Below are positions 1 through 7,693 of a stretch of 11,633 nucleotides of DNA, piece after piece. How positions within the stretch are numbered: the stretch's first letter is position 1; each line of letters begins with the position of its first letter. Source of the stretch: a virus. Lineage: Duplodnaviria; Heunggongvirae; Uroviricota; Caudoviricetes. The notes under the pieces are model-generated. The model saw only the letters and a program-made list of their open reading frames with translations, ran no database searches and was not told the DNA's origin. The position numbers and the translations under genes are program-made. Location: positions 1 through 11,633 of IMG/VR virus record IMGVR_UViG_2548876940_000003, one strand, 5' to 3'.

Positions 1-6
1 GTGAGC

Positions 7-34
7 GGGGGCGAAATGCCCCCGTGTCTTTTTT
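7..34 (+). terminator. GC-rich stem-loop followed by a T-run; putative rho-independent terminator or mRNA-stabilising hairpin upstream of FI
   Basis: Positions 7-12 GGGGGC and 18-23 GCCCCC form a perfect 6-bp inverted repeat around a 5-nt loop (gaaat), followed by gtgtcTTTTTTc. It sits just upstream of the FI ribosome-binding site (aggggg, ~38-43). Confidence 0.4.
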
Positions 35-48
35 CACAGGGGGCTGAT

Positions 49-423
49 ATGGCAACGAAAGAGCAAAATCTGAAACGGCTTGATGAACTGGCCCTGATTC
101 TGGGGCGTGAGCCGGATATATCCGGGAGTGCCGCAGAGATAGCGCAGCGGGTGGCGGAATGGGAAGAGGAAATACAGTCATCCGGCGAGGATGTTCAGGT
201 TATGAATATGGATATCCGGGAGCGGGAAACCGCGGCTCATGATGTTCGTGAGGATACATCCGGTGCGTTAACGCGCATCAGAGTTCTGACCTGCCTCCAT
301 CTCTGTGGCATTGATGGTGAAACAGGGGAATCCGTTGAGCTTGCGGATGTTGGTCGGGTGATTCTGATTATGTCCTCAGATGCAAAAACACACGTTGATG
401 GCGGAATGGCTGTTTATGCGTGA
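49..423 (+). CDS. FI: DNA-packaging protein FI-like (head assembly/packaging accessory)
   Basis: ORF track frame 1..423. The likely true start is the ATG at 49 (MATKEQNLKRLDEL...), preceded by a purine-rich RBS. It sits immediately upstream of FII as in lambda, and the N-terminal helix resembles lambda gpFI from memory; the C-terminal half is more divergent. Confidence 0.7.
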   Translation: MATKEQNLKRLDELALILGREPDISGSAAEIAQRVAEWEEEIQSSGEDVQVMNMDIRERETAAHDVREDTSGALTRIRVLTCLHLCGIDGETGESVELADVGRVILIMSSDAKTHVDGGMAVYA

Positions 424-769
424 TTTTCAGAATGCCTTTGATGCCGCCCTTGCCGGGGTGGACAGTACGATTGTTGAAGTGATGGGCATCAGTGCGCAGT
501 TCACCTCCGGTGCACAGCGTGGCGGCGAAGTTCAGGGGGTTTTTGACGATCCGGAGTCGCTGGGGTTTGCCAGTAGTGGGATCCGTATTGAAGGAAGCAG
601 CCCGTCATTATTTGTGCGGACGGATACGGTTCGTGCCGTGCGGCGTGGTGACACGCTGACCATTAATGGTGAGACGTTCTGGGTGGATCGTGTTTCTCCG
701 GATGACGGGGGCAGTTGTTATCTCTGGCTGAACCGTGGGCAACCACCCGCAGTTAACCGGCGACGATAA
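416..769 (+). CDS. FII: Head-tail connector / head completion protein gpFII
   Basis: Translation from the ATG at 416 (MRDFQNAFDAA...GVFDDPE...EGSSPSLFVRTD...RRGDTLTI...FWVDRVSPDDGGSC..LWL.RG.PPAVNRRR) is near-colinear with lambda gpFII (117 aa). The track ORF begins at 380, but 416 matches the conserved N-terminus and overlaps the FI stop (ATGCGTGA). Confidence 0.85.
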   Translation: MRDFQNAFDAALAGVDSTIVEVMGISAQFTSGAQRGGEVQGVFDDPESLGFASSGIRIEGSSPSLFVRTDTVRAVRRGDTLTINGETFWVDRVSPDDGGSCYLWLNRGQPPAVNRRR

Positions 770-783
770 ACGCAGGGTGAATT

Positions 784-1359
784 ATGGCGATAAAAGGGCT
801 TGATCAGGCGATTGAAAATCTGAGCCGGGTTCGTAAAAACGCCATTCCGTCGGCTTCAGCAATGGCTATTAACCGCGTGGCTACAACGGCGATTAATCAG
901 TCTTCATCACAGGTTGCCCGGGAGACCAGGGTGAGACGGAAACTGGTAAAGGAACGGTCCAGACTGAAACGGGCGACGATCAGAAATCCGAATGCCAGAA
1001 TTATCGTTAACCGCGGTGATCTCCCTGCTATTAAGCTGGGGATCAGGATGCTTGGTCATCGTCCGAACAGCATACTTAAAGCCGGTCAGCATCGTTATCA
1101 GCGGGCATTCATCCAGCGATTAAATAATGGGCGCTGGCATGTTATGCAACGTTTGCCAGAAGCCCGGTATGCGAAGGGCAATGACGATAAAGGAAGGAAA
1201 AAGCGTAATCGTCTTCCCATTCAGGTGGTTAAAATTCCGATGGCGGCCCCACTGAAGCAGGCTTTTGATGAGAACGTTAACCGTATCCGGCGAGAACGTC
1301 TGCCAAAAGAACTGGGCTATGCGTTGAAACAACAACTAAGGATTGTGATAAAGCGATGA
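784..1359 (+). CDS. Z: Tail completion protein gpZ
   Basis: 191-aa ORF; the N-terminus MAIKGL.QA.ENLSR and C-terminus IRRERLPKELGYAL..QLR.VIKR match lambda gpZ. Position after FII and ATGA overlap with U. Confidence 0.9.
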   Translation: MAIKGLDQAIENLSRVRKNAIPSASAMAINRVATTAINQSSSQVARETRVRRKLVKERSRLKRATIRNPNARIIVNRGDLPAIKLGIRMLGHRPNSILKAGQHRYQRAFIQRLNNGRWHVMQRLPEARYAKGNDDKGRKKRNRLPIQVVKIPMAAPLKQAFDENVNRIRRERLPKELGYALKQQLRIVIKR

Positions 1360-1751
1360 AACATACGGATATCCGTGCAGCCGTACTGGATGCACTGGAG
1401 AAACATGATACCGGGGCGACGCTTTTTGATGGTCGCCCCGCTGTTTTTGATGAGGCGGATTTTCCGGCAATTGCCGTTTATCTCACCGGCGCTGAATACT
1501 CGGGCGAAGAGCTGGACTGCGATACCTGGCAGGCGGAGCTGCATATTGAAGTTTTTCTGCCTGCTCAGGTGCCGGATTCAGAGCTGGACACGTGGATGGA
1601 GTCCCGGATTTACCCGGTGATGAGCGATATCCCGGCACTGTCAGATTTGATCGCCAGTATGGTGGCCAGCGGCTATGACTACCGGCGCGATGATGATGTG
1701 GGCCTGTGGAGTTCAGCCGATCTGACTTATGTCATTACCTATGAAATGTGA
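1356..1751 (+). CDS. U: Tail tube terminator protein gpU
   Basis: 131-aa ORF ([123 protein letters not shown]), essentially colinear with lambda gpU. Confidence 0.95.
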   Translation: MKHTDIRAAVLDALEKHDTGATLFDGRPAVFDEADFPAIAVYLTGAEYSGEELDCDTWQAELHIEVFLPAQVPDSELDTWMESRIYPVMSDIPALSDLIASMVASGYDYRRDDDVGLWSSADLTYVITYEM

Positions 1752-1758
1752 GGACGAT

Positions 1759-2499
1759 ATGCCTGTACCAAATCCAGCAATACCGGTGAAAGGTGCCGGA
1801 ACCACCCTGTGGGTTTATAACGGAAACGGCGACCCTTATGCGAACCCGCTTTCAGACGTTGACTGGTCGCGTCTGGCAAAAGTTAAAGACCTGACGCCCG
1901 GCGAACTGACCGCGGAGTCCTATGACGACAGCTATCTCGATGATGAAGATGCGGACTGGACCGCAACCGGTCAGGGGCAGAAATCCGCCGGAGATACCAG
2001 CTTCACGCTGGCGTGGATGCCCGGAGAGCAGGGGCAGCAGGCGCTGCTGGCGTGGTTTAATGAAGGTGATACCCGTGCCTATAAAATTCGCTTCCCGAAC
2101 GGCACGGTCGATGTGTTCCGTGGCTGGGTCAGCAGTATCGGTAAGGCGGTGACGGCGAAGGAAGTGATCACCCGCACGGTGAAGGTCACCAATGTGGGAC
2201 GCCCGTCGATGGCAGAAGATCGCAGTACGGTGACAGCGGCAACCGGTATGACCGTGACGCCTGCCAGTGCTTCCGTGGTGAAAGGGAAGAGCACCACGCT
2301 GACTGTGGCATTTCAGCCGGAAGGCGCAACCGACAAGAGCTTCCGTGCGGTGTCAGAGGATAAAACAAAAGCCACCGTGTCGGTCAGTGGTATGACCATC
2401 ACCGTGAACGGTGTTGCTGCAGGTAAGGTCAACATTCCGGTTGTATCCGGTAATGGTGAGTTTGCTGCGGTTGCAGAAATCAACGTCACCGACAGCTAA
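1759..2499 (+). CDS. V: Major tail tube protein gpV with C-terminal Ig-like (Big_2) domain
   Basis: The track ORF starts at 1729, but that overlaps U. The ATG at 1759 gives MPVPNP...[10 protein letters not shown]...[47 protein letters not shown]..., matching lambda gpV. The C-terminal ~90 aa are rich in T/V/S, as in the lambda Ig-like decoration domain. Confidence 0.93.
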   Translation: MPVPNPAIPVKGAGTTLWVYNGNGDPYANPLSDVDWSRLAKVKDLTPGELTAESYDDSYLDDEDADWTATGQGQKSAGDTSFTLAWMPGEQGQQALLAWFNEGDTRAYKIRFPNGTVDVFRGWVSSIGKAVTAKEVITRTVKVTNVGRPSMAEDRSTVTAATGMTVTPASASVVKGKSTTLTVAFQPEGATDKSFRAVSEDKTKATVSVSGMTITVNGVAAGKVNIPVVSGNGEFAAVAEINVTDS

Positions 2500-2513
2500 T
2501 CGGAGAGTCAGCG

Positions 2514-2936
2514 ATGTTCCTGAAAACCGAATCATTTGAATATAACGGCGTGAGCGTCACGCTTTCTGAGCTGTCAGCCCTGCAGCGTATTGAGCATCTT
2601 GCCCTGCTGAAACGGCAGGCAGAACAGGCGGGAGCCGGCGACAACCTGCAGGTGAGCGTGGAGGATCTCGTCAGAACCGGCGCGTTTCTGGTGGCGATGT
2701 CCCTGTGGCATAACCATCCGCAGAAGACAAAGAGGCCGTCCATGGATGAAGCCGTTAAACAGATTGAGCAGGAAGTGCTTACCACCTGGCCCACAGAGGC
2801 AATTGCTCAGGCTGAAAATGTGGTAATGCGTCTGTCCGGTATGTCTGAGTTTGTTGTGAATAATGCTCCTGAGCAGACAGAAGACGCGGGGCCTGCAGAG
2901 CCTGTTTCTGCGGGAAAGTGTTCGACGGTGAGCTGA
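2514..2936 (+). CDS. G: Tail assembly chaperone gpG
   Basis: 140-aa ORF (MFLKTESFE.NGV.VTLSELSALQRIEHLAL.KRQAEQA...AFLVAMSLWHNHPQKT..PSM.EAVKQIEQEVLTTWPTEAI..AENVV.RLSGM.EFVVNNAPEQTEDAGPAEPVSAGKCSTVS) matches lambda gpG, including the slippery site near its 3' end. Confidence 0.93.
   Translation: MFLKTESFEYNGVSVTLSELSALQRIEHLALLKRQAEQAGAGDNLQVSVEDLVRTGAFLVAMSLWHNHPQKTKRPSMDEAVKQIEQEVLTTWPTEAIAQAENVVMRLSGMSEFVVNNAPEQTEDAGPAEPVSAGKCSTVS
2912..2918 (+). promoter_or_regulatory. Programmed -1 ribosomal frameshift slippery heptamer G GGA AAG (G to G-T fusion)
   Basis: GGGAAAG lies in the G reading frame as G_GGA_AAG, 6 codons before the G stop. The -1 frame continues open for 141 codons (ORF 2918..3343), as in the lambda G/GT system. 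Confidence 0.85.
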
Positions 2937-3343
2937 GTTTTGCCCTGAAACTGGCGCGTGAGATGGGGAGACCCGACTGGCGTGCCATGCTTGCCGGGAT
3001 GTCATCCACGGAGTATGCCGACTGGCACCGCTTTTACAGCACCCATTATTTTCATGATGTTCTGCTGGATATGCACTTTTCCGGGCTGACGTACACCGTG
3101 CTCAGCCTGTTTTTCAGCGATCCGGATATGCATCCGCTGGATTTCAGTCTGCTGAACCGGCGCGAGGCTGACGAAGAGCCTGAAGATGATGTGCTGATGC
3201 AGAAAGCGGCAGGGCTTGCCGGAGGTGTTCGTTTTGGTCCGGACGGGAATGAAGTTATCCCCGCTTCCCCGGACATGACGGAGGATGACGCAATGCTGAT
3301 GACAGTATCAGAAGGGATCGCAGGAGGAGTCCGGTATGGCTGA
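2918..3343 (+). CDS. T: T-frame portion of the tail assembly chaperone gpGT fusion, expressed by -1 frameshift from G
   Basis: The -1 frame ORF begins at the slippery site and ends at a TGA overlapping the H start (3336). Acidic C-terminus as in lambda gpT. No independent RBS is expected. Confidence 0.85.
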   Translation: MFDGELSFALKLAREMGRPDWRAMLAGMSSTEYADWHRFYSTHYFHDVLLDMHFSGLTYTVLSLFFSDPDMHPLDFSLLNRREADEEPEDDVLMQKAAGLAGGVRFGPDGNEVIPASPDMTEDDAMLMTVSEGIAGGVRYG

Positions 3344-3878
3344 ACCGGTAGGCGATCTGGTCGTTGATTTAAGTCTGGATGCAGCCAGATTTGACGAGCA
3401 GATGGCCAGAGTCAGGCGTCATTTTTCCGGTACGGAAAGTGATGCGAAAAAAACAGCGGCAGTTGTTGAGCAGTCGATGAGCCGACAGGCGCTGGCTGCA
3501 CAGAAAGCGGGTATCTCTGTAGGGCAGTATAAAGCTGCCATGCGTATGCTGCCTGCGCAGTTCACCGACGTGGCCACGCAGCTTGCAGGGGGGCAGAACC
3601 CGTTTCTCATCCTGCTGCAACAGGGCGGTCAGGTAAAAGATTCCTTCGGTGGGTTGATCCCCATGTTCGGGGGGCTTGCCGGTGCAGTCACCCTGCCGAT
3701 GGTGGGGCTCACTTCGCTGGCAGTTGCCACCGGAGCGCTGGCGTATGCCTGGTATCAGGGGGACTCAACCCTGTCCAGTTTCAATAAAACGCTGGTCCTT
3801 TCCGGTAATCAGGCAGGACTAACGGCAGATCGTATGCTGGTCCTGTCCTGTCCAGAGCAGGGCAGGCGGCAGGGCTGA
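3336..3878 (+). CDS. H: Tail tape measure protein gpH, N-terminal fragment (reading frame broken at ~3849-3853)
   Basis: Strong RBS (aggagga) and ATG at 3336. MAEPVGDLVVDLSLDAARFDEQMARVRRHFSGTESDAKK... matches the lambda gpH N-terminus. The frame ends after LVLS with an aberrant CPEQGRRQG* tail, while the H sequence continues in another frame. Confidence 0.85.
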   Translation: MAEPVGDLVVDLSLDAARFDEQMARVRRHFSGTESDAKKTAAVVEQSMSRQALAAQKAGISVGQYKAAMRMLPAQFTDVATQLAGGQNPFLILLQQGGQVKDSFGGLIPMFGGLAGAVTLPMVGLTSLAVATGALAYAWYQGDSTLSSFNKTLVLSGNQAGLTADRMLVLSCPEQGRRQG

Positions 3879-5920
3879 CGTTTAACCAGACCAGCGAGTC
3901 ACTGACGGCGCTGGTGAATGCCGGTGTGCGTGGTGGTGAGCAGTTTGAGGCGATCAGCCAGAGTGTGGCGCGTTTCTCCTCTGCATCGGGCGTGGAGGTG
4001 GACAAGGTCGCTGAAGCCTTCGGGAAGCTGACCACAGACCCGACGTCGGGACTGACAGCGATGGCACGTCAGTTCCATAACGTGACGGCGGAGCAGATTG
4101 CGTATGTTGCTCAGTTGCAGCGTTCCGGAGATGAAGCCGGGGCATTGCAGGCGGCGAACGAGGCCGCAACGAAAGGGTTTGATGACCAGACCCGCCGCCT
4201 GAAAGAGAACATGGGCACGCTGGAGACCTGGGCAGACAGGACAGCACAGGCATTCAAATCCATGTGGGATGCGGTGCTGGATATTGGCCGCCCGGACTCC
4301 TCTGCAGATATGCTCGCCAAAGCTGAAAAGGCTTTTGATGAAGCGGATAAAAAATGGCAGTGGTATCAGAGCCGAAGCCACCGGCGCGGTAAAACGTCAG
4401 CATTTCTTGCCAATCTCCGGGGGGCATGGGAGAAGAGAGAGAATGCGCGACTTGGGCTTTCAGCCGCCACGTTGCAGGCCGATCTTGAAAAGGCCAGTGA
4501 GATGGCAGCAAAAGATCGGGCTGAGTCTGAGGCATCACGGCTGAAATATACCGAAGAGGCGCAGAAGGCTTACGAACGCCTGCAGACGCCGCTGGAGAAA
4601 TATACCGCCCGTCAGGAAGAACTGAATAAGGCACTGAAAGACGGGAAAATTCTGCAGGCAGATTACAACACGCTGATGGCGGCGGCGAAAAAGGATTATG
4701 AAGCGACGCTGAAAAAGCCGAAGCAGTCCGGCGTGAAGGTGTCTGCGGGTGATCGTCAGGAAGACAGTGCTCATGCTGCCCTGTTGACGCTTCAGGCAGA
4801 ACTCCGGACGCTGGAGAAGCATGCCGGAGCGAATGAGAAAATCAGCCAGCAGCGCCGGGATTTGTGGAAGGCGGAGAATCAGTTCGCGGTACTGGAGGAG
4901 GCGGCGCAACGTCGCCAGCTGTCTGCACAGGAGAAATCCCTGCTGGCGCATAAAGACGAGACGCTGGAGTACAAGCGCCAGCTGGCTGCACTTGGCGACA
5001 AGGTTACGTATCAGGAGCACCTGAACGCGCTGGCGCAGCAGGCGGATAAATTCGCACAGCAGCAACGGGCAAAACGGGCCGCCATTGATGCGAAAAGCCG
5101 GGGGCTGACTGACCGGCAGGCAGAACGGGAAGGCACGGAACAGCGCCTGAAGGAACAGTATGGCGATAATCCGCTGGCGCTGAATAACGTCATGTCAGAG
5201 CAGAAAAAGACCTGGGCGGCTGAAGACCAGCTTCGCGGGAGCTGGATGGCAGGCCTGAAGTCCGGCTGGAGTGAGTGGGAAGAGAGCGCCACGGACAGTA
5301 TGTCGCAGGTAAAAAGTGCAGCCACGCAGACCTTTGATGGAATTGCACAGAATATGGCGGCGATGCTGACCGGCAGTGAGCAGAACTGGCGCAGCTTCAC
5401 CCGTTCCGTGCTGTCTATGATGACAGAAATTCTGCTTAAGCAGGCAATGGTGGGGATTGTCGGGAGTATCGGCAGCGCCATTGGCGGGGCTGCCGGTGGT
5501 GGCGCATCCGCGTCAGGCGGTAGAGCCATTCAGGCCGCTGCGGCGAAATTCCATTTTGCAACCGGAGGATTTACGGGAACCGGCGGCAAATATGAGCCAG
5601 CGGGGATTGTTCACCGTGGTGAGTTTGTCTTCACGAAGGAGGCAACCAGCCGGATTGGCGTGGGGAATCTTTACCGGCTGATGCGCGGCTATGCCACCGG
5701 CGGTTATGTCGGTACACCGGGCAGCATGGCAGACAGCCGATCGCAGGCGTCCGGGACGTTTGAGCAGAATAACCATGTGGTGATTAACAACGACGGCACG
5801 AACGGGCAGATTGGACCACAGGCGCTGAAGGCTGTGTATGACATGGCCCGCAAGGGTGCCCGTGATGAAATTCAGGCACAGATGCGCGATGGTGGTCTGT
5901 TCTCCGGAGGTGGACGATGA
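3842..5920 (+). CDS. H: Tail tape measure protein gpH, C-terminal ~690 codons in the shifted frame (likely pseudogene or sequencing error)
   Basis: The frame 3842.. reads PVLSRAGQAAGLTFNQTSESL...ISQSVARFSSASGVEVDKVAEAFGKLTTDPTSGL..., colinear with lambda gpH through to the C-terminal ...MRDGGLFSGGGR. The track ORF 3914..5920 starts at an internal GTG. The stop overlaps the M start (ATGA). Confidence 0.85.
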   Translation, partial: PVLSRAGQAAGLTFNQTSESLTALVNAGVRGGEQFEAISQSVARFSSASGVEVDKVAEAFGKLTTDPTSGLTAMARQFHNVTAEQIAYVAQLQRSGDEAGALQAANEAATKGFDDQTRRLKENMGTLETWADRTAQAFKSMWDAVLDIGRPDSSADMLAKAEKAFDEADKKWQWYQSRSHRRGKTSAFLANLRGAWEKRENARLGLSAATLQADLEKASEMAAKDRAESEASRLKYTEEAQKAYERLQTPLEKYTARQEELNKALKDGKILQADYNTLMAAAKKDYEATLKKPKQSGVKVSAGDRQEDSAHAALLTLQAELRTLEKHAGANEKISQQRRDLWKAENQFAVLEEAAQRRQLSAQEKSLLAHKDETLEYKRQLAALGDKVTYQEHLNALAQQADKFAQQQRAKRAAIDAKSRGLTDRQAEREGTEQRLKEQYGDNPLALNNVMSEQKKTWAAEDQLRGSWMAGLKSGWSEWEESATDSMSQVKSAATQTFDGIAQNMAAMLTGSEQNWRSFTRSVLSMMTEILLKQAMVGIVGSIGSAIGGAAGGGASASGGRAIQAAAAKFHFATGGFTGTGGKYEPAGIVHRGEFVFTKEATSRIGVGNLYRLMRGYATGGYVGTPGSMADSRSQASGTFEQNNHVVINNDGTNGQIGPQALKAVYDMARKGARDEIQAQMRDGGLFSGGGR

Positions 5921-6246
5921 AAACCTTCCGCTGGAAAGTGAAACCCGGGATGGATGTGACATCGGCTCCTTCCGTCAGGGAGGTGCGCTTTGGTGATGGC
6001 TATTCCCAGCGTGCGCCTGCCGGGCTGAACGCTGACCTGAAAACGTACAGCGTGACGCTGTCTGTCTCCCGTGAGGAGGCCACGGCGCTGGAGTCGTTTC
6101 TGGCTGAGCACGGGGGCTGGAAGGCCTTTCTGTGGACGCCGCCTTATGGTTACAGGCAGATAAAGGTGACCTGCGCAAAATGGTCGTCGCAGGTCAGTAT
6201 GCTGCGTGTTGAGTTCAGCGCAGAGTTTAAACAGGTGGTGAACTGA
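5917..6246 (+). CDS. M: Tail tip protein gpM
   Basis: 109-aa ORF (MKTFRWKVKPGMDV...VRFGDGYSQRAPAGLNA.LKTYSVTLSV.REEAT.LESFL.EHGGWK.FLWTPPY..RQIKVTCAKWSS.VSMLRVEFSAEF.QVVN), colinear with lambda gpM. Confidence 0.95.
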   Translation: MKTFRWKVKPGMDVTSAPSVREVRFGDGYSQRAPAGLNADLKTYSVTLSVSREEATALESFLAEHGGWKAFLWTPPYGYRQIKVTCAKWSSQVSMLRVEFSAEFKQVVN

Positions 6247-6944
6247 TGCAGGATATCCGGCAGGAAACACTGAATGAATGCACCCGTGCGGAGCAGTCGG
6301 CCAGCGTGGTGCTCTGGGAAATCGATCTGACAGAGGTCGGTGGAGAACGTTATTTTTTCTGTAATGAGCAGAACGAAAAAGGTGAGCCGGTCACCTGGCA
6401 GGGGAGGCAGTATCAGGCGTATCCCATTCAGGGGAGCGGTTTTGAACTGAATGGCAAAGGCACCAGTACGCGGCCCACGCTGGCAGTCTCTAACCTGTAC
6501 GGCATGGTCACCGGTATGGTGGAAGATATGCAGAGTCTGGTCGGCGGAACGGTGGTCAGGCGTAAGGTTTACGCCCGTTTTCTGGATGCGGTGAACTTCG
6601 TCAACGGAAACAGTGACGCCGATCCGGAGCAGGAGGTGATCAGCCGCTGGCGCATCGAGCAGTGCAGTGAACTGAGCGCGGTGAGTGCCTCCTTTGTACT
6701 GGCCACGCCGACGGAAACGGATGGCGCTGTTTTTCCGGGGCGTATCATGCTGGCCAACACCTGCACCTGGACCTATCGCGGTGATGAGTGCGGTTATAAC
6801 GGTCCGGCTGTCGCGGATGAATATGACCAGCCGACGTCCGATATCACGAAGGATAAATGCAGCAAATGCCTGAGTGGCTGTAAGTTTCGCAATAACGTCG
6901 GCAACTTTGGCGGCTTCCTTTCCATTAACAAACTTTCGCAGTAA
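6246..6944 (+). CDS. L: Tail tip protein gpL (C-terminal cysteine cluster, iron-sulfur binding in lambda)
   Basis: 232-aa ORF (MQDIRQETLNECTRAEQSASVVLWEIDLTEVGGERYFFCNEQNEKGEPVTWQGRQYQ.YPIQGSGFELNGKGTSTRPTL.VSNLYGMVTGM.EDMQSLVGGTVVRRKVYARFLDAVNFVNGNS.ADPEQEV...CTWTYRGDECGY.GP...DKCSKCLSGCKFRNNVGNFGGFLSINKLSQ) matches lambda gpL. Confidence 0.95.
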   Translation: MQDIRQETLNECTRAEQSASVVLWEIDLTEVGGERYFFCNEQNEKGEPVTWQGRQYQAYPIQGSGFELNGKGTSTRPTLAVSNLYGMVTGMVEDMQSLVGGTVVRRKVYARFLDAVNFVNGNSDADPEQEVISRWRIEQCSELSAVSASFVLATPTETDGAVFPGRIMLANTCTWTYRGDECGYNGPAVADEYDQPTSDITKDKCSKCLSGCKFRNNVGNFGGFLSINKLSQ

Positions 6945-6949
6945 ATCCC

Positions 6950-7693
6950 ATGACACAGACAGAATCAGCGATTCTGGCGCACGCCCGGCGATGTGCGCCA
7001 GCGGAGTCGTGCGGCTTCGTGGTAAGCACGCCGGAGGGGGAAAGATATTTCCCCTGCGTGAATATCTCCGGTGAGCCGGAGGCGTATTTCCGTATGTCGC
7101 CGGAAGACTGGCTGCAGGCAGAAATGCAGGGTGAGATTGTGGCGCTGGTCCACAGCCACCCCGGTGGTCTACCCTGGCTGAGTGAGGCCGACCGGCGGCT
7201 GCAGGTGCAGAGTGATTTGCCGTGGTGGCTGGTCTGCCGGGGGACGATTCATAAGTTCCGCTGTGTGCCGCATCTCACCGGGCGGCGCTTTGAGCACGGT
7301 GTGACGGACTGTTACACACTGTTCCGGGATGCTTATCATCTGGCGGGGATTGAGATGCCGGACTTTCATCGTGAGGATGACTGGTGGCGTAACGGCCAGA
7401 ATCTCTATCTGGATAATCTGGAGGCGACGGGGCTGTATCAGGTGCCGTTGTCAGCGGCACAGCCGGGCGATGTGCTGCTGTGCTGTTTTGGTTCATCGGT
7501 GCCGAATCACGCCGCAATTTACTGCGGCGACGGCGAGCTGCTGCACCATATTCCTGAACAACTGAGCAAACGAGAGAGGTACACCGACAAATGGCAGCGA
7601 CGCACACACTCCCTCTGGCGTCACCGGGCATGGCGCGCATCTGCCTTTACGGGGATTTACAACGATTTGGTCGCCGCATCGACCTTCGTGTGA
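6950..7693 (+). CDS. K: Tail tip assembly protein gpK (MPN/JAMM domain plus NlpC/P60-like domain)
   Basis: 247-aa ORF. It contains a complete JAMM motif (E in AESCGF, then HSHPGGLPWLSEAD = HxHx7Sx2D) and a C-terminal Cys/His region (TDCYTLF...NHAAIY..LLHH). The lambda annotation I recall uses the internal Met at 7094 (MSPEDW..., 199 aa); the 6950 start includes the whole MPN domain. The 3' end overlaps I by 103 nt. Confidence 0.85.
   Translation: MTQTESAILAHARRCAPAESCGFVVSTPEGERYFPCVNISGEPEAYFRMSPEDWLQAEMQGEIVALVHSHPGGLPWLSEADRRLQVQSDLPWWLVCRGTIHKFRCVPHLTGRRFEHGVTDCYTLFRDAYHLAGIEMPDFHREDDWWRNGQNLYLDNLEATGLYQVPLSAAQPGDVLLCCFGSSVPNHAAIYCGDGELLHHIPEQLSKRERYTDKWQRRTHSLWRHRAWRASAFTGIYNDLVAASTFV

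Noticed and set aside
380-415. N-terminal extension of FII from the upstream ATG at 380
   Set aside because: The conserved FII N-terminus aligns to the ATG at 416. The extension would overlap 44 nt of FI and adds non-conserved residues.
1375-1620. 81-aa + strand ORF, and the similar 1922..2152 ORF
   Set aside because: Alternative-frame ORFs inside U and V respectively. Arg/Cys-rich nonsense translations typical of off-frame reading.
1729-1758. Upstream start for V at 1729 ([10 protein letters not shown]...)
   Set aside because: It overlaps the 3' end of U. The conserved gpV N-terminus MPVPNP begins at the ATG at 1759, which has an RBS-like aggacg upstream.
2912-2918. Treating the G/T frame change as a third frameshift lesion
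   Set aside because: It coincides with the canonical GGGAAAG slippery heptamer at the conserved position. This is programmed recoding, not a mutation.
3899-4381. 160-aa minus-strand ORF and the overlapping 99-aa and 69-aa minus ORFs
   Set aside because: Antisense to conserved H coding sequence. No support.
4535-5529. Minus-strand ORFs of 176 aa (4535..5065) and 172 aa (5011..5529), plus other antisense ORFs within H
   Set aside because: Antisense to the tape-measure gene. Their translations are low-complexity (Leu/Arg/Gln-rich), mirroring the coiled-coil codon usage of H. No independent support.
6150-6956. 268-aa minus-strand ORF
   Set aside because: Antisense to gpL, whose + strand translation is colinear with lambda L. 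Treated as a spurious shadow ORF.
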